From Octopus bimaculoides (Eukaryota), in NCBI RefSeq assembly GCF_001194135.2, contig NC_068985.1, positions 7,072,181 to 7,136,180 of the forward strand: a DNA stretch of 64,000 nt, given 5' to 3'. The notes beneath the pieces were generated by a model. It was not told the origin of the DNA, did no database searches, and saw only the letters and a program-made list of their open reading frames with translations. Positions 37,973 to 52,565 of this stretch are shown here, one piece after another. Within the stretch, counting starts at the first letter, position 1. Every line of letters starts with the position of its first letter. A program made the position numbers and the translations under genes.

Positions 37973-40844
37973 TTAAACCCATAAGATATTAATGATAACA
38001 TTAGAAATAGATTCATTCTAACAAACGCCTATAATACACTGGAGATTGTAACTAAATTATTTTTTCCGAGGTCTCCCTGGTTGATCATTTCTTGATAAAT
38101 AGTACTAATAAAAATCATTTTTCTACCAGTAAAAACAGCTGAATGAGGGAGAAAATTACCACTATAACCCCAACACAAGAATTGAGATTCATGGCAGATT
38201 TTCGTAACATTTTATTTTTTTTTACTGTACATGATTCAGTGCCGCTGCTGTTTCGTTGTTCAGTCAGCATTAAGAAGTGGCTGATATTTATTTTGGATTA
38301 AGGATTACTATGTAAGGATTACTATTTGTAACATTTCTATGAAATTTCAATGCCAAAAATCGACTGCGTTCGTTACACTATTGTTCGGATTAAATATAGA
38401 ACTGCATTTATATTATATCGGTGAAGTGAGAGAAACGGTGCTGTGCAGAACTATACATGTATTTGCGTCTCTCACTACTCTGCATTGAAATCCAACCGGT
38501 GTTGCTTTGAACTTCATTCATTTGTGATCGATAAAATCTGTCACTGAGTTGAAAGAATTGGGTTTCATTTATATTAGATTATGCCTTGTACTGAACGGAG
38601 GAGAGCGGAGATTAAGTGCAAAATTACCGTAGTTGGGCTTAATTTGTCATCTAGTGTATATTCACTTGCAAATATAAATTCTTAATTGCACGTATATAGA
38701 GATCGTGAATTACTCATTAATACTCTGATCATTAATGCACACTGGTTTGGTATTCGTTTAATGGAGTGATTATTATTATATTTAGTAAGAAGAAAAGGCT
38801 ACTTCTGATCACAAATTGATGGAAGTAATTTATAAATAAAAAATTTGAATCTATGTGTAGATGGATGTGTGTACGTAAATGAGGGCAATTGTTCTCCTTT
38901 GTATTTCTCCCCGTCCTCATTTAACAAATTCGAAACGTTCAAACCAACGTCGAACACTTTTTCGTTCAAATATCTGTATGCATTTAATCCATAAAGGATT
39001 TAATGTGTATTAATCAACCGATAATGATGCCTATAATTTAATAACAAGGCATGTAGCACATGTAGATTAAAAGCTCTGTCGAATAGTTTTAACTTCGGAA
39101 TTTAATAAGTAGTTTGCTTGTATATTTTCTTATGGCTTTTCCTGTACAATGAATATAATTAAACCTGGTTTTCCGAAAGTTACATTCAAATGGAAGCAGA
39201 CAAGTAAATGTGAACTGAAACTTTTAACAACAGATTTCAATTAATTAAACTTCGTTTGAATTAAATGAAAATGAGGACGGTATTAATTATTTAAACAACC
39301 CAAAATGAAGAACATGTAATTGAAATAGATTTTAGTTTCTGCAAGCTATTCATTAATATTATCTTATAAACATATGTGATTCAACAGCATTTAATTTACA
39401 CCTATTGTTTTACACAATGTGACAGGCAATTATGTTAAATAAAAGGCAATTATTACAAACTAATGTGCAAATTACCCATTAGTGAACGCAAACCTATATT
39501 CATACAATTCTAGTGCTGAGTGAAGGTTGAAGGGCAATGTATGTATAAATTGTAATGATTATAATAATTTGGATTCAGACCTGCTACAAGGTCACTAAAG
39601 TATGGGGAAGGGTAAGAGTTGCTACATTAAGCAGAAAGTCAGCTGCAGTAAAATAAACCTGAAATTAAGACAAAACATCTTAAGTAAAATGATTTTCTTT
39701 TTTTATTTTAGTTGTGAAGAAACTGTCTTCAGTGCTTATGTTCTTGGTTCAACTACAACGAGTTACATTTTTGGCTAAGTACATGTTTAATTTAGCGTCA
39801 GATGAATACAAGTCTTATGAATGAAATTCGATGGAAGAAACTAGGAAATGGTTGAATGGATGTAACTTGTAATTCAAATGTCATATAGTGCATCACGTTG
39901 AGTCGGGTTTTGTATTAAGGTAACAGATAAACCAATATATAAATCAGTCATGAATTAGGCTAGCACCGTTAATCACAGAGTGATTTATATATCTGAGCTT
40001 TCTGTACTTGTCATTAATTAAACAATATTTATTTTATGCAAATACGGTGTAATTCAAACGTTTAACAGCTAAACACTGAATCTGTTGAGGAAAAGAAGTT
40101 GGATACCTCGTCTCTGTGAAGCGACCAATACACTATGAAACGCTCCGCCGGAAATAAATCTCTCTTGCTTTTCTGTACAACATTAATAACTTAGAATGTT
40201 TCTTTCAATATTTAAGCCAAAGTGAGATTTTCAATTGTCTTTGATTATTCCAGTTTTTTCTGATTTACAAAGTGTTATGCATAAAATAGACGAACTGTGA
40301 ATATGACAACTATGCAAATTAAGTTTCCCATTACGGTGCTCACCAGATTTATGACTGTCTTCTATAGTACTGTACTATCCATTGGGTAAAGATACAGCTC
40401 TAGTGGGATTTTCTTTTTTTGTGAATATCATTCGGAGGAGTCATTTGTTCACTTGGAAAACTGTTTCGAATTCAGTAACAGCAAATTCTTCAACTATGAA
40501 ATCTTTTTCCTTTTTTTCCATCTGTAAATGCTATCAGGCACATATCTTTTGAAATTTTCTGTCAAACCGTCCAATTACACATTTCAGCTCATATTTCCTT
40601 CTGTGTACATCTAGTGGGTCATTGCTTTCCTCATTTTCTTTTTACTCTAGATATATTAAGAAGAAAATATACCGCTGTTGACTCTTAGTTATATAATTTT
40701 CAATTTCATTTTTAAATAGTATTTTCATATTCTAAAACCCCTGCGCGGGCACATAAATACGAACGCACGTGTATATAATTTTATATTCTTACAGTTGGAC
40801 CAACGCTGTGAAATGTTTAGCTGAAAAAATTCAAGTCACTACTT

Positions 40845-40968
40845 ATGTTTTTGAGCGGTGTGTTTATCAATACAAGACTTCTTTGCCGAAAAGCGGTTAC
40901 GGGGACACAGCGACACTAAAACCAGTTGACCAATAGTGGAAGGACAAATACACACACACACACAGATA

Positions 40969-41020
<52 letters not shown>

Positions 41021-41425
41021 CATACATTATTCGTTTTTTGATTTCGTTTGTAACACGCATATGGAGACACGTAACCATACATACTGACAATGCATAGTGG
41101 CAAAATCCCATAAACAGACACACTCACGCATGCAAACACACATAAAAATACACAAATACGAACACATAAACACATATGCAGAATATATACATACAAACGT
41201 ACATACATATATACATACACGCACATACATCCATACACACACTTACAAGCACGCATGCATAAATACATACATACATACAGAAAGGCAGACAGACATGTGT
41301 ATACACACACACACACTGACCCACACATATGTGCACAAACACACAAACAGTACGCAGCTCGCATAACGGACAGTCAACGACTATTGGAAACGAACTTCCT
41401 AACCACACGGCCATACTGTGCCTAT
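40845..41425 (-). mobile_element. Old SINE S3 with a strongly expanded internal microsatellite
   Basis: Tail TTTGCCGAAAAGCGGTTACGGGGAC (40883-) and head CTTCCTAACCACACGGCCATACTGTGCC (41394-) separated by ~400 bp of CA/TA/CATA repeats. Confidence 0.6.
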
Positions 41426-41872
41426 ATAGTGACAATACTTTCAAACTAAATGTGTTTCACCCACATATTCTTACTGCTGTCTGATGTTTCAGAATGAAAT
41501 CCAATACAGACAGAATCTCATAAAATTGTCTTCGATAAATGAAGACGGTAACAATTAGAACTACCGATATTTTTGACCACTCAGTCACTGAGAGAAACAA
41601 AGTTACGATTTAGTGAATCGTGAAAAAATATGAAATGCGTTTTCCCGCAGTTTATGAAGATTAAAGAAAAGAAATATCGTAAGCACAGAGGATAAAGATT
41701 TGAGAGGGAGATTAAACATTTGTTCTTATCTTCCATTCATAGCACAATGAATCCACTTGTTCAATCAAGCTCGCATACGCTATTCACTAGAGACGTGCGT
41801 TCTATTTTTCGTCGGAAGAAGTCAGTAGCAGCCTGTTGAACAGAATAAGAAGTATGTGTGGTGTGAGCATAC

Positions 41873-41910
<38 letters not shown>

Positions 41911-42319
41911 GCATACACACAGTGAGAGAGAGAGAGAGACAGACAGGCAGACAAAGAAAGAGTAAGAAGGAAAGACAGAGTGACAAACAACAAAGATTGA
42001 TATATAAACAGATAGAAATAGACATAAATGTATATGTGGATAAATGAACGTACATTAGCCTTAGACTATTTTCTGTCTTACATACAAATACAACACAACT
42101 ACCGATATATTCATCTCTTTCCTTCCTCTCTTTTTATGTATAAATGTGCATATGGCCACATACGCAGACCTGCAGAATGAGAGAGAGAGAGGAATGCGGA
42201 AAATGATGAGGCCGAGAAAGGGTTATGGAGATGGTTGTGTGCTGAAGTCTATTACATAATAGTGTAATAGATAAGTATCTATGTGTCCCTCTCCACACAC
42301 ACGAACAAATGTAAGTATG

Positions 42320-42985
<666 letters not shown>

Positions 42986-43177
42986 ATATGTATATATACA
43001 TCTACCTATGCACATATTTGTATATGAATATGCATATGTGTATATATATATACGTAGGCATACACACATAATACACAAACACACACACATATACATAGAT
43101 ATAAATACAAGTACGCTTGTATAGAGTGATGTAGATATATACATATCCATATATACATCTTTGCATACATATATATA

Positions 43178-43219
<42 letters not shown>

Positions 43220-43627
43220 AATTTAGAACAAACAGTAAAAGATCGTTATGGTACTCGGAGTGAGGCGAACGACAGTGAGGCGAACGACAGAGACAGACAA
43301 TTGGCAGAATTTTTACTGCCGTCATTGAGAACGTTTCCGATATTCTTTTCTCTATTCTTTAAACTCTGAATTCAAATTCTGGCGAGGTTATAATTGTTCC
43401 CATTCTGGGTTGACAAATGCAATACAAGTCTGTCTGTGATTTGGAAAATTGCCCAGCCACGTCGTGTGTTGACATCGACCCTAGAAAATTAACAATAATC
43501 TAGGACCCAAACACACAGATATACTCGGATATGTGTTTATGAAGTCTCTGTGTATTATTTGAGTGTGAGCGCCTGTGTGCAAGTATACGTATGTTAGAAA
43601 AATTAACACAAATATATTTACTAAGTG

Positions 43628-43925
43628 AAGGTGCCTGGCCTAGTGTTTTCGGGTGTTCCACTTACGTCACCGTAAGATCATGGTTTCTGCTCCCAGTCCG
43701 GCGGGGCGTTTTACTTTCGACTGAGGCACTTTATTTTAGGTTGTTCCAGTTCACAAAGATGTGAATGTGTAGCCCTGCAACGGACTGGGTCACGTTCAGG
43801 GGGAACGTAGGCATTGTCCGCCAAGGCAATGGTGTTGCATCATTCGAAAGATACATTATTCCTAGGAAGTGCATTGTGACCAACAGTGTAATAACATCCA
43901 ATTATCTGGTCGATAAACCGAATAT
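43628..43925 (+). mobile_element. Older tRNA-derived SINE (fourth family)
   Basis: GGTGCCTGGCCTAGTG head, GAGGCACTTTATTT central segment as in S2, CCCTGCAACGGACTGGGTCACGTTCAGGGG tail motif. Confidence 0.55.
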
Positions 43926-44317
43926 TTAGCCTCGCTTGAACACCATCAAATTAGAAAAGACGCAATTCTACTTCGATGTTCTTCATGAAAATAGTAATAT
44001 ATCCGACCCCTTTATAGATGGATTAGAGATATCTGAATCTCACATGGAATGTAATGCACTAGCAGCATATCATATTCCAGTTCCCATATAATTTCAATTT
44101 CCATTAGACATCCATGGTCTCTGTTCCCTGCCCCTTATCTTGATTTACTTGATTCTATTTTCATTCTTTCTTTTGTTCTCTTTTTATGTCAAAATATTTA
44201 AAGGGAAGAAAAGCAAAGAAGGAAAAAAAGCAGAGAAGGAAGAAAGAGCGATAAGGAAAAAAGGAGTACACAACCCACATGAACACACGCTTATGTTTAT
44301 GCGCACGTATGCATGTA

Positions 44318-45231
44318 TTGGGTCGTCCCATAAATAATGCGGTTTTTTATACTTCCTTTATTTTTCAAAATTAAGATAAGTACAGTTCTTTTTTAATTTA
44401 AAATATACTCTCCTTCATTTTCTACAATGCTCTTCCATCTATCTGGGAGACTTGCAAGGCCCCTCTTCCAAAATTCGCTTGTGCGTCGCGAAAAATACAC
44501 CTCCAGTACAGTTCAGACCTCATCTACAGAGTTCATATTTTTTCTGTCTAAATGATTTTGAAGCCTGCCGAATAAATGATAATCAGATGGTGCAATGCCC
44601 GGCTACTATGGTGAGCGGGCGTCGTTTCTCATTCAAAACTGCCCCAGCATTTGGAATATCAACCTCGCTGCGTGACCGAGCATTATCCTGATGGCAGAAC
44701 ACCTTCCGTCGTGAAACCAATGATGGTCGTTTTTCTTCTAGCTCTGACTTCAAAAACTGGTTGAATGATCAAATCCAAGCTTCTCTGCAAGTTCCCCAAC
44801 AGTTACGATGGGATTTTGTTCCTCCAGGGTTTGCAGGACATCCTCGTCAAGCTCTACAGATCTCCCAGGACGAGGCTCGTCTTCTAGGCTGTAGTTTCCG
44901 ACTCAGAATATCTGGAATCATCGTTGACACTGGCTTACGCTTATTGTTCGATTCCCATATACTGCATTAATATTCCTCGCAATTTCCATTGCGTTGTTGC
45001 CTTTATTGAACTCATAAAGCAGACTACGCCGAATGTGCTCCTTTGTCACTTCCATTATAGCTTTGAAAAAATAAAATCGAGCTGTACTCTTCAAAACTTG
45101 CACTAAGAATAAACACAAGGTAAAATTACGACCTGCTTTTATAGCAAATTGATGCAGGTAGTTTATCCGGTCACTCTCCGACGTTTCGTTCATGCTATTG
45201 AAAAAACCGCATTATTTATGGGATGACTCAA
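44318..45231 (-). mobile_element. Internally deleted mariner transposon with both TIRs and TA duplications
   Basis: TIRs TTGGGTCGTCCCATAAATAATGCGGTTTT / AAAACCGCATTATTTATGGGATGACTCAA, each flanked by TA. Translation gives MEVTKEHIRRSLLYEFNKG, SLEDEPRPGRS, HQDNAR, APSDYHLF, LPDRWKSIVENEGEY. Confidence 0.95.
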
Positions 45232-45396
45232 TATGTAAGGATGTATGTATGTATGGATGGATGGATGTATGGATGGGTGTTAGGAACTGAACATGATTTG
45301 CACATCGCAGGTTGTACTTCTGTTTGTATGCGTGTGCGTGCGCGCTCACACGTCTTTGTCTTTGCGGTAGCGAGCGTCTGTGTGTGTTTTTGTGTG

Positions 45397-45427
<31 letters not shown>

Positions 45428-46782
45428 AGTATGTGTGCGTAAATATGTTTTCACTACGACAATGTATTTAATTGCAATTATTGAACAGTTTATTATATTC
45501 TTTCGTTGTTTTGTTATTCCATTTAAGGTTTCTCCAATCGATTTTGTGTCATTCTTCTCGGTTCAACATGACATCCGTGATCCAGAGAAATTGTTTTAAA
45601 GAACTTTTCATTCAAAACGTCAGTGTCGTTTTATTTGAATTCTTGTCATCTAAATTCTCTTTAGAAGACCATTTGAAGAAGTAACTGTCAATTATAAATT
45701 CTATGGAAGAACTATACAAATTGTCTTCTTCTCTAAAACCCAAACGATAATCTCGACAACATTTAGCATCACATTAGCTTTCACCCTTTCTCCTTAATTT
45801 CTGCCCATTATCGTCGGTAATTGATTTAAAAGAGATATTTCCTGAATTACAAGTCTCTCCCAGACAGCTATCTTAAAGAAGGGATGAAGAATTAAATTTC
45901 ATGATACTGTAAAACTACTACGTGAAGCTTGTTATTTTATCACATCCTAAATGTTAACTATTATCAACGCGAAGAAAAAGCTAAACTTCATGCACACATG
46001 CACACAAGAATCTTTTACACTCTATGCTGTCTCCCTCGCTGGCTTTTACACATATGCAATAAAACAATAAACCATATGATTCAGTATTTATGGAATCGTT
46101 CAATTTCGTTTGTTTTTGATATAAGGACATAAATTGTGACTAATAACGTTGTCAAATTTAGCAGAGTGCTCAATTTCATTGATTTGATCTCTGATGGCTT
46201 AACAGCCAACTTTAATACACTTACACTTTTATTTTATTTCTGTATATTTTTCAAGATATGGAATCGCATAATTAACAAAAATACAATGAGTATGTTCCAA
46301 GTAGAGCCATGTCCTTCTCAGAATGGTAATATCGTTTATGCGAGGGTGAGGAAGAGGAGTGAAAGTGTCTGCGCCTACAACTAGAAACACATGCAGTTCA
46401 TAGTTTGACAAGTTTCAATTAATGCTTGCCGTAACGTCGGGAGAGTTATAACAACAAGCATGAATGCGTGTGTTGTTGTTGTTGTTGTGTATGTGCGTGT
46501 GTGCGTTGTGCGAGCGCACGTGTGGGTGGCTTAAAATTGTACAAAAAACAAAGAGCAAAAGCAGATGAGGGAAAACAAAAACGGTGTATTAGTTTGAGGC
46601 TCAGGAGAAATGGAAGAATCTTTGACGTTTCGATCCCACACTCTTCTAAAGAAAAGAATAAGGAAAAAACATGGAGAAATGAAAAAAGGAGGATACACAA
46701 AATTTGATAGGTAAATGGCTAATATGCCCACATATACAAATATGTAAATGTAATTATATACTTACATGTATATATGTATGTA

Positions 46783-47009
46783 TTGGGTTATCCGGAAAGT
46801 TCGTGCCGGTTTTTAAAAGAAAGAAAAAGGTCAATATATACTTGCCATTACATTTTTAATCAACCAAATATGAACCATTTTGCTGCACAATGCAACTCCA
46901 TCTTTCCTTTAATTTGATAATACCCTCTTCCCAGAATTGAGGTGGTTTCATGGCAAATAAGTCGAAAGGTAAGCTAGTATAAATCGGCACGATCTTTCCG
47001 AATAACCAA
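46783..47009 (-). mobile_element. Mariner-derived MITE (~227 bp)
   Basis: TIRs TTGGGTTATCCGGAAAGTTCGTGCCG / CGGCACGATCTTTCCGAATAACCAA with TA flanks; the interior encodes a transposase C-terminus FWEEGIIKLKERWSCIVQQNGSY. Confidence 0.9.
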
Positions 47010-47149
47010 TATGTATGTATGTATGTAATTCATAGATGAGAATCAGATATTCTGTGTATAGAATACACTTTGTAGTACTCAAGAAACTTAAACTTGAGTG
47101 GATATAGAAGTAAATGTAGGGATAAGCAAGTTAGACACATTAATATATA

Positions 47150-47316
47150 TAGAGTCATATGACTGCGGCCGCGGTGGTGTACCGCCTTTAGTCAAGCAAA
47201 TCGACCCCAGGTCTACTTGGTAAGCCTAGTACTTATTCTATTGGTCTCTTTTGCCGAACCGTTAAGTAATGGAGACGTAAACACACCAGCATCGGTTGTC
47301 AAGCGATGTTGGGGGT

Positions 47317-47357
<41 letters not shown>

Positions 47358-47457
47358 GACGGGCTTCTTTCAGTTTGCGTCTACCAATTCTACTCACAAG
47401 GCTTTTGGTCGGCCCGAGACTATAGTAGAAGTCGTATGCCCAAGGTGCCACGCAGTG
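47150..47457 (-). mobile_element. SINE S3 (5' end in gap)
   Basis: Colinear with 42634-42985. Confidence 0.9.
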
Positions 47458-48231
47458 NNNNNNNNNNNNNNNNNNNNNNNNNNNNNNNNNNNNNNNNNNN
47501 NNNNNNNNNNNNNNNNNNNNNNNNNNNNNNNNNNNNNNNNNNNNNNNNNNNNNNNNNNNNNNNNNNNNNNNNNNNNNNNNNNNNNNNNNNNNNNNNNNNN
47601 NNNNNNNNNNNNNNNNNNNNNNNNNNNNNNNNNNNNNNNNNNNNNNNNNNNNNNNNNNNNNNNNNNNNNNNNNNNNNNNNNNNNNNNNNNNNNNNNNNNN
47701 NNNNNNNNNNNNNNNNNNNNNNNNNNNNNNNNNNNNNNNNNNNNNNNNNNNNNNNNNNNNNNNNNNNNNNNNNNNNNNNNNNNNNNNNNNNNNNNNNNNN
47801 NNNNNNNNNNNNNNNNNNNNNNNNNNNNNNNNNNNNNNNNNNNNNNNNNNNNNNNNNNNNNNNNNNNNNNNNNNNNNNNNNNNNNNNNNNNNNNNNNNNN
47901 NNNNNNNNNNNNNNNNNNNNNNNNNNNNNNNNNNNNNNNNNNNNNNNNNNNNNNNNNNNNNNNNNNNNNNNNNNNNNNNNNNNNNNNNNNNNNNNNNNNN
48001 NNNNNNNNNNNNNNNNNNNNNNNNNNNNNNNNNNNNNNNNNNNNNNNNNNNNNNNNNNNNNNNNNNNNNNNNNNNNNNNNNNNNNNNNNNNNNNNNNNNN
48101 NNNNNNNNNNNNNNNNNNNNNNNNNNNNNNNNNNNNNNNNNNNNNNNNNNNNNNNNNNNNNNNNNNNNNNNNNNNNNNNNNNNNNNNNNNNNNNNNNNNN
48201 NNNNNNNNNNNNNNNNNNNNNNNNNNNNNNN

Positions 48232-48248
48232 NTGTGTGTGTGTGTAAG

Positions 48249-48281
<33 letters not shown>

Positions 48282-48402
48282 AAGTATATATATATATATG
48301 TGGGTGTGTGTAAGTATATATATATATATGTGTGTGTGTGTGTAAGTATATATATATATATGTGTGTGTGTGTGTAAGTATATATGTGTGTGTGTAAGTA
48401 TG

Positions 48403-48433
<31 letters not shown>

Positions 48434-48438
48434 AAGTG

Positions 48439-48469
<31 letters not shown>

Positions 48470-48502
48470 AAGTATATATATATACATGTGTGTGTGTGTG
48501 TA
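48232..48502. repeat. Higher-order minisatellite (TG)n-TAAG-(TA)n, unit about 24-30 bp
   Basis: About 10 units of GTAAGTATATATATATATGTGTGTGTGT. Confidence 0.9.
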
Positions 48503-50944
48503 NNNNNNNNNNTATATATATATATATATATACACGCACACACACACACGTAAGTGTCAATTGAACTATTTCTCCTCATTTTCATTATATGGAAGTGAAG
48601 GGTTGAAAATAGTTAGCAGGCTCAATTAATTGTAAAATGCTAATCAATCTTCTTCTTTCCTACTTATGAAGTAAAGGATATTAATACAAAACACAAATTC
48701 CATCTGTAAATACATAATTTGGTCTATGGCTCCCCAAAGATGAATATCAAAATGCTTTAAAGTTTTAATATAATTACAAATGAGTACTAATATGAAAAGC
48801 AATCTTTATGTCCCATTTAACGTGGGTGCTTTGTTCGAACGCCGAATAGTGAGTTATTTACCATGAGAGAATCTTTTATACGGACGCATTAAGCATAAAA
48901 GCACACATTTTTATATCTTTGGTGGGCTAGAATCTTCTCTCACGGGTGCTGCATCTGCCAGATCACGTGATTTCGACGTACCCCGTACGCTCAATGTCAG
49001 ACGTCTTGTAGCTGCATATCAGCGGATTTTCTTCACTGGTAATGATAAATAAGATATCCGTAAATTTTCAGACAAATAACCGGCAGGATTATAGAAAGAT
49101 AATTGCTAGCAACAGAAGCAGTATTAATATGGAAAGCCATCTCCATGTTCAACTTCACTAGGATGTTTTTATTTAAATTGCCGAATATTGCGCTATATAG
49201 CTTAGAAGGATTTCTCATATGGATGCGAAAGCAGTGCCGAAAAAGTCAGTGAAATCTTATATATCGTTGGCATGCAATTCATCTGCTATGCGGCTAACAT
49301 TTGACACGAAAGAAAGGGGGTACGTAGAGAGCATGTGGTGGAACATCTCCGGCTTTCGTGGCAGACGATAGTCGATGCCAAAGATGTAAATATGTGTACT
49401 TGTGTGCGCATACGTCCACACGAGAGGTCCTCTCAAGGTAAATATCGCAGTATTCCGCGCGCTAACATAGGATCCACATTGAGTTGGATATAAATATTGC
49501 CTGTTGTATTAAAGTTGAATATATACCACTATTTGTATATAATTAGAAATGCAGCAAGAGGCTATAGTGTGAATAGAGAAAGGTAAATTATCTAATGTGT
49601 TTTGTTTCGCTTTTATTCTGTTCAATCCATAAATTAGTTGACGAGACCTATATGTTATTTGGGCCATAGATATTTGTCACGATTTCAAGCGAATATACAT
49701 TTATACAAAAAGGTTTTATTTCTTTTATTCGAGCGATTCTTAGCGTAACGTAGCGTTTATGACTATTAAGCAGGGATAGAAGTATTGTGCGTTCTTCACC
49801 TTCTTCTCCGCTATCGGATCAACAGAATACGTGGCGACCGTCACCGCACATCATTCACTTCACTTAAGAGATACTAAATAGGCCTGAAATGCTTTCATTC
49901 TAAAAGAGGCAATTTAATTGATCCACTCTTTTTACTGTTTTGATGGCGAGAGTCACTTCATTCCACATGAGCTAATTCAGGTTACAAGTCATACTTAATT
50001 GGTCGAGATTCACATAAAATACAATTGGCTGTTCTCGTGCATGTTTCTTTTTGAAGAGGGAACTCTGAGAAAGTAACTATTTCTGAGAAAGTAAATATTC
50101 CACTTCAAATTGAAGGTCTGGAACATCAAATAGACATTCATTTTGTCTTTGTGGATTTTCTTACACAGGGAAATAACTTCACCGCAGTATGTTAACCGTT
50201 GGTATTTGTAAATCACTACGGCATCTTTTTTTTCTAGCAGAGATGGTAGTATATCGATGATGTCGTTCATACAAAACAATTTCTATAGTTAATGCTTTAA
50301 TAATGGCAAGATCTATCATGTAAGTTTTTATTTGTTGCAAACATCGTAAAAAAAAATGACTTATCTGTTTGTTGCAAAAATACATTGTTATTTAGAAAAT
50401 GGTTGACACCACCTCCATGCTTCTCACAAATTGTATTATACTTTGGGTTAATTTATCCGAAAGAATTTATCCGTAGGTTACTTACATCATTTTACAGTGA
50501 TATGTTCCATGTTTTTCATAACCTTCATAGAATTCTTTCTAAACGACCATAATGTAATAAATGATATCCACTATTATCATTGTTCTTGTCTATCACGAGA
50601 TACATTTTTTCTGCCAGCGTCGTTAGAAAGATACTATTTTGATACGAGTCTTATAAAATTAGTTTTCTTTTCCATTAAGTGATATCCTCAAATCTCCGCT
50701 GTGTTCTAAAGTTCATGAACTGAGTTATGCATATTATCCCTTCGCCGAACGCGACATTTCTCACTCGATTGTATGTATGAATGTATGTGTATATTAATGT
50801 ATGTATATATATATATGTATGCGTGTCTCTCTGTCTGTATGCATGTATCTGTTAATGTATGTATATGCATATATAGAAACACTGCTCAAACACGGATGCA
50901 CCCACACAAAAGCACAAATAAGAGAGAAAAAGAATTCAGGAAAT

Positions 50945-51310
50945 GTTACGACGACTAGGGCTCCAGTTGATCCGATCAGCAGAACAGCCTACTGGTGAAA
51001 TTAACGTACAAGTGGCTGAGCACTCCACAGACACGTGTACCCTTAACGCAGTTCTCGGGGATATTCAGCGTGGCACAGTGTGACAAGGCTGACCCTTTGA
51101 ATTACAGGCACAACAGAAACACGAAGTAAGAGTGAGAGAAAGTTGTGGTGGAAGAGTACAGCAGGGTTCGCCACCATCCCCTGCCGGAGCCTCGTGGACC
51201 TTTTAGGTGTTTTCGCTCAATAAATACTCACAACGCCCGGTCTGGGAATCGAAACCGCGATCCTATGACCGTGAGTCCATTGCCCTAACCACTGGGACAT
51301 TGCGCCTCCC
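50945..51310 (-). mobile_element. SINE S2-variant, full length (different middle, same tail as S2)
   Basis: Reverse complement GGAGGCGCAATGTCCCAGTGGTTAGGGC..GGTTTCGATTCCCAG..GAGGCTCCGGCAGGGGATGGTGGCG..shared tail. Confidence 0.9.
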
Positions 51311-51780
51311 AAGGATGTTATAGTTGCCTAATAATGAATTGGTTTCAGATAGTCTTTCAGTTGAGCAGCTTCGTGGATAACAGAATGATATTATAAACAG
51401 GCAAACAACTGGTACCAGGTTAGCTTATGACATTTATATATCTAAACATGAGGGTTGAATTACATGAGTAAAGGTCATAAAAAGAGTGAGATCCGAATGT
51501 GCGAATATAGTGTTTTATAGCTGTTTCAAAGTGGTACATTTCCCTACGATCGGTTGCCTAATTTGTAGTGACCCACCAATTCCATCATTCTCTCTCTGTT
51601 CATGGTTTAGTTCGCTGTGTTAAAGTTGGCCACTTATTGCTTTCAATGAAACGAGCCATCAGGTAATCTATTTTGATACGACTATGACAGGCTCTTTACA
51701 AATCTTATTCCTTCCTTCAACCTCTTATTACAACTCATAAGCATACCTGATACCTGTTTGCATATTTATACTTTTATACC

Positions 51781-51832
<52 letters not shown>

Positions 51833-51924
51833 GCACACACAGTTTGAGTCTGAGAATTTGATGGGTTTCGGCCAGTATTGGCCCAGGCCTTGTCTAACTT
51901 AATAGCACCACCTAGCAAAATCAT

Positions 51925-52245
51925 TCAAATCAGAAATCGGACAACGTGGCCCACTCGAGGACAGAGTTATTGTTTACGGAGACATATCCCGGTGGAGGTT
52001 TATTCGGGAATTTTTGAAGGAATTTGTCCAAGGACTTCTTGAACTTTATGGGGTCTGTTTCTGCTGTACTGTGTTTTTGTGTAATGTTAAAGAGAGCGGA
52101 GCCAATGAAGTGAAATAATTGTGCCTCATTGTTTTCATACCATGCGATGTATAATTCATGTCGTGGACGTTTAGCACGGGGCACAAGTCTTGGGTGTATC
52201 TTAAAGGCAATGCCAACATCATTTGGGCAACGCTGGTGGAATATT
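51925..52245 (-). mobile_element. CR1-like LINE 3' terminal remnant
   Basis: FIGSALFNIT..DPIKFKKSLDKFLQKFPNKPPPGYVSVNNNSVLEWA. Confidence 0.8.
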
Positions 52246-52387
52246 TTCCACATCATCATGATGATGTAGCGCTCACAGCAGCGTTGGAGAAAATAAAGTT
52301 TCAGCTTTTCTAGTCGACTTCAACAGTTAAGGCCTGTCATGTCATCTATCTTTTTTGTAATTGACATTTGAGGTGCTTCAATTTTAA

Positions 52388-52423
<36 letters not shown>

Positions 52424-52472
52424 GCATATATACGTATATATTCATTTATATATATATACATATACATATATG

Positions 52473-52563
<91 letters not shown>
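52388..52563. repeat. (TA)n-(TG)n microsatellite
   Basis: Direct reading. Confidence 0.95.
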
Positions 52564-52565
<2 letters not shown>

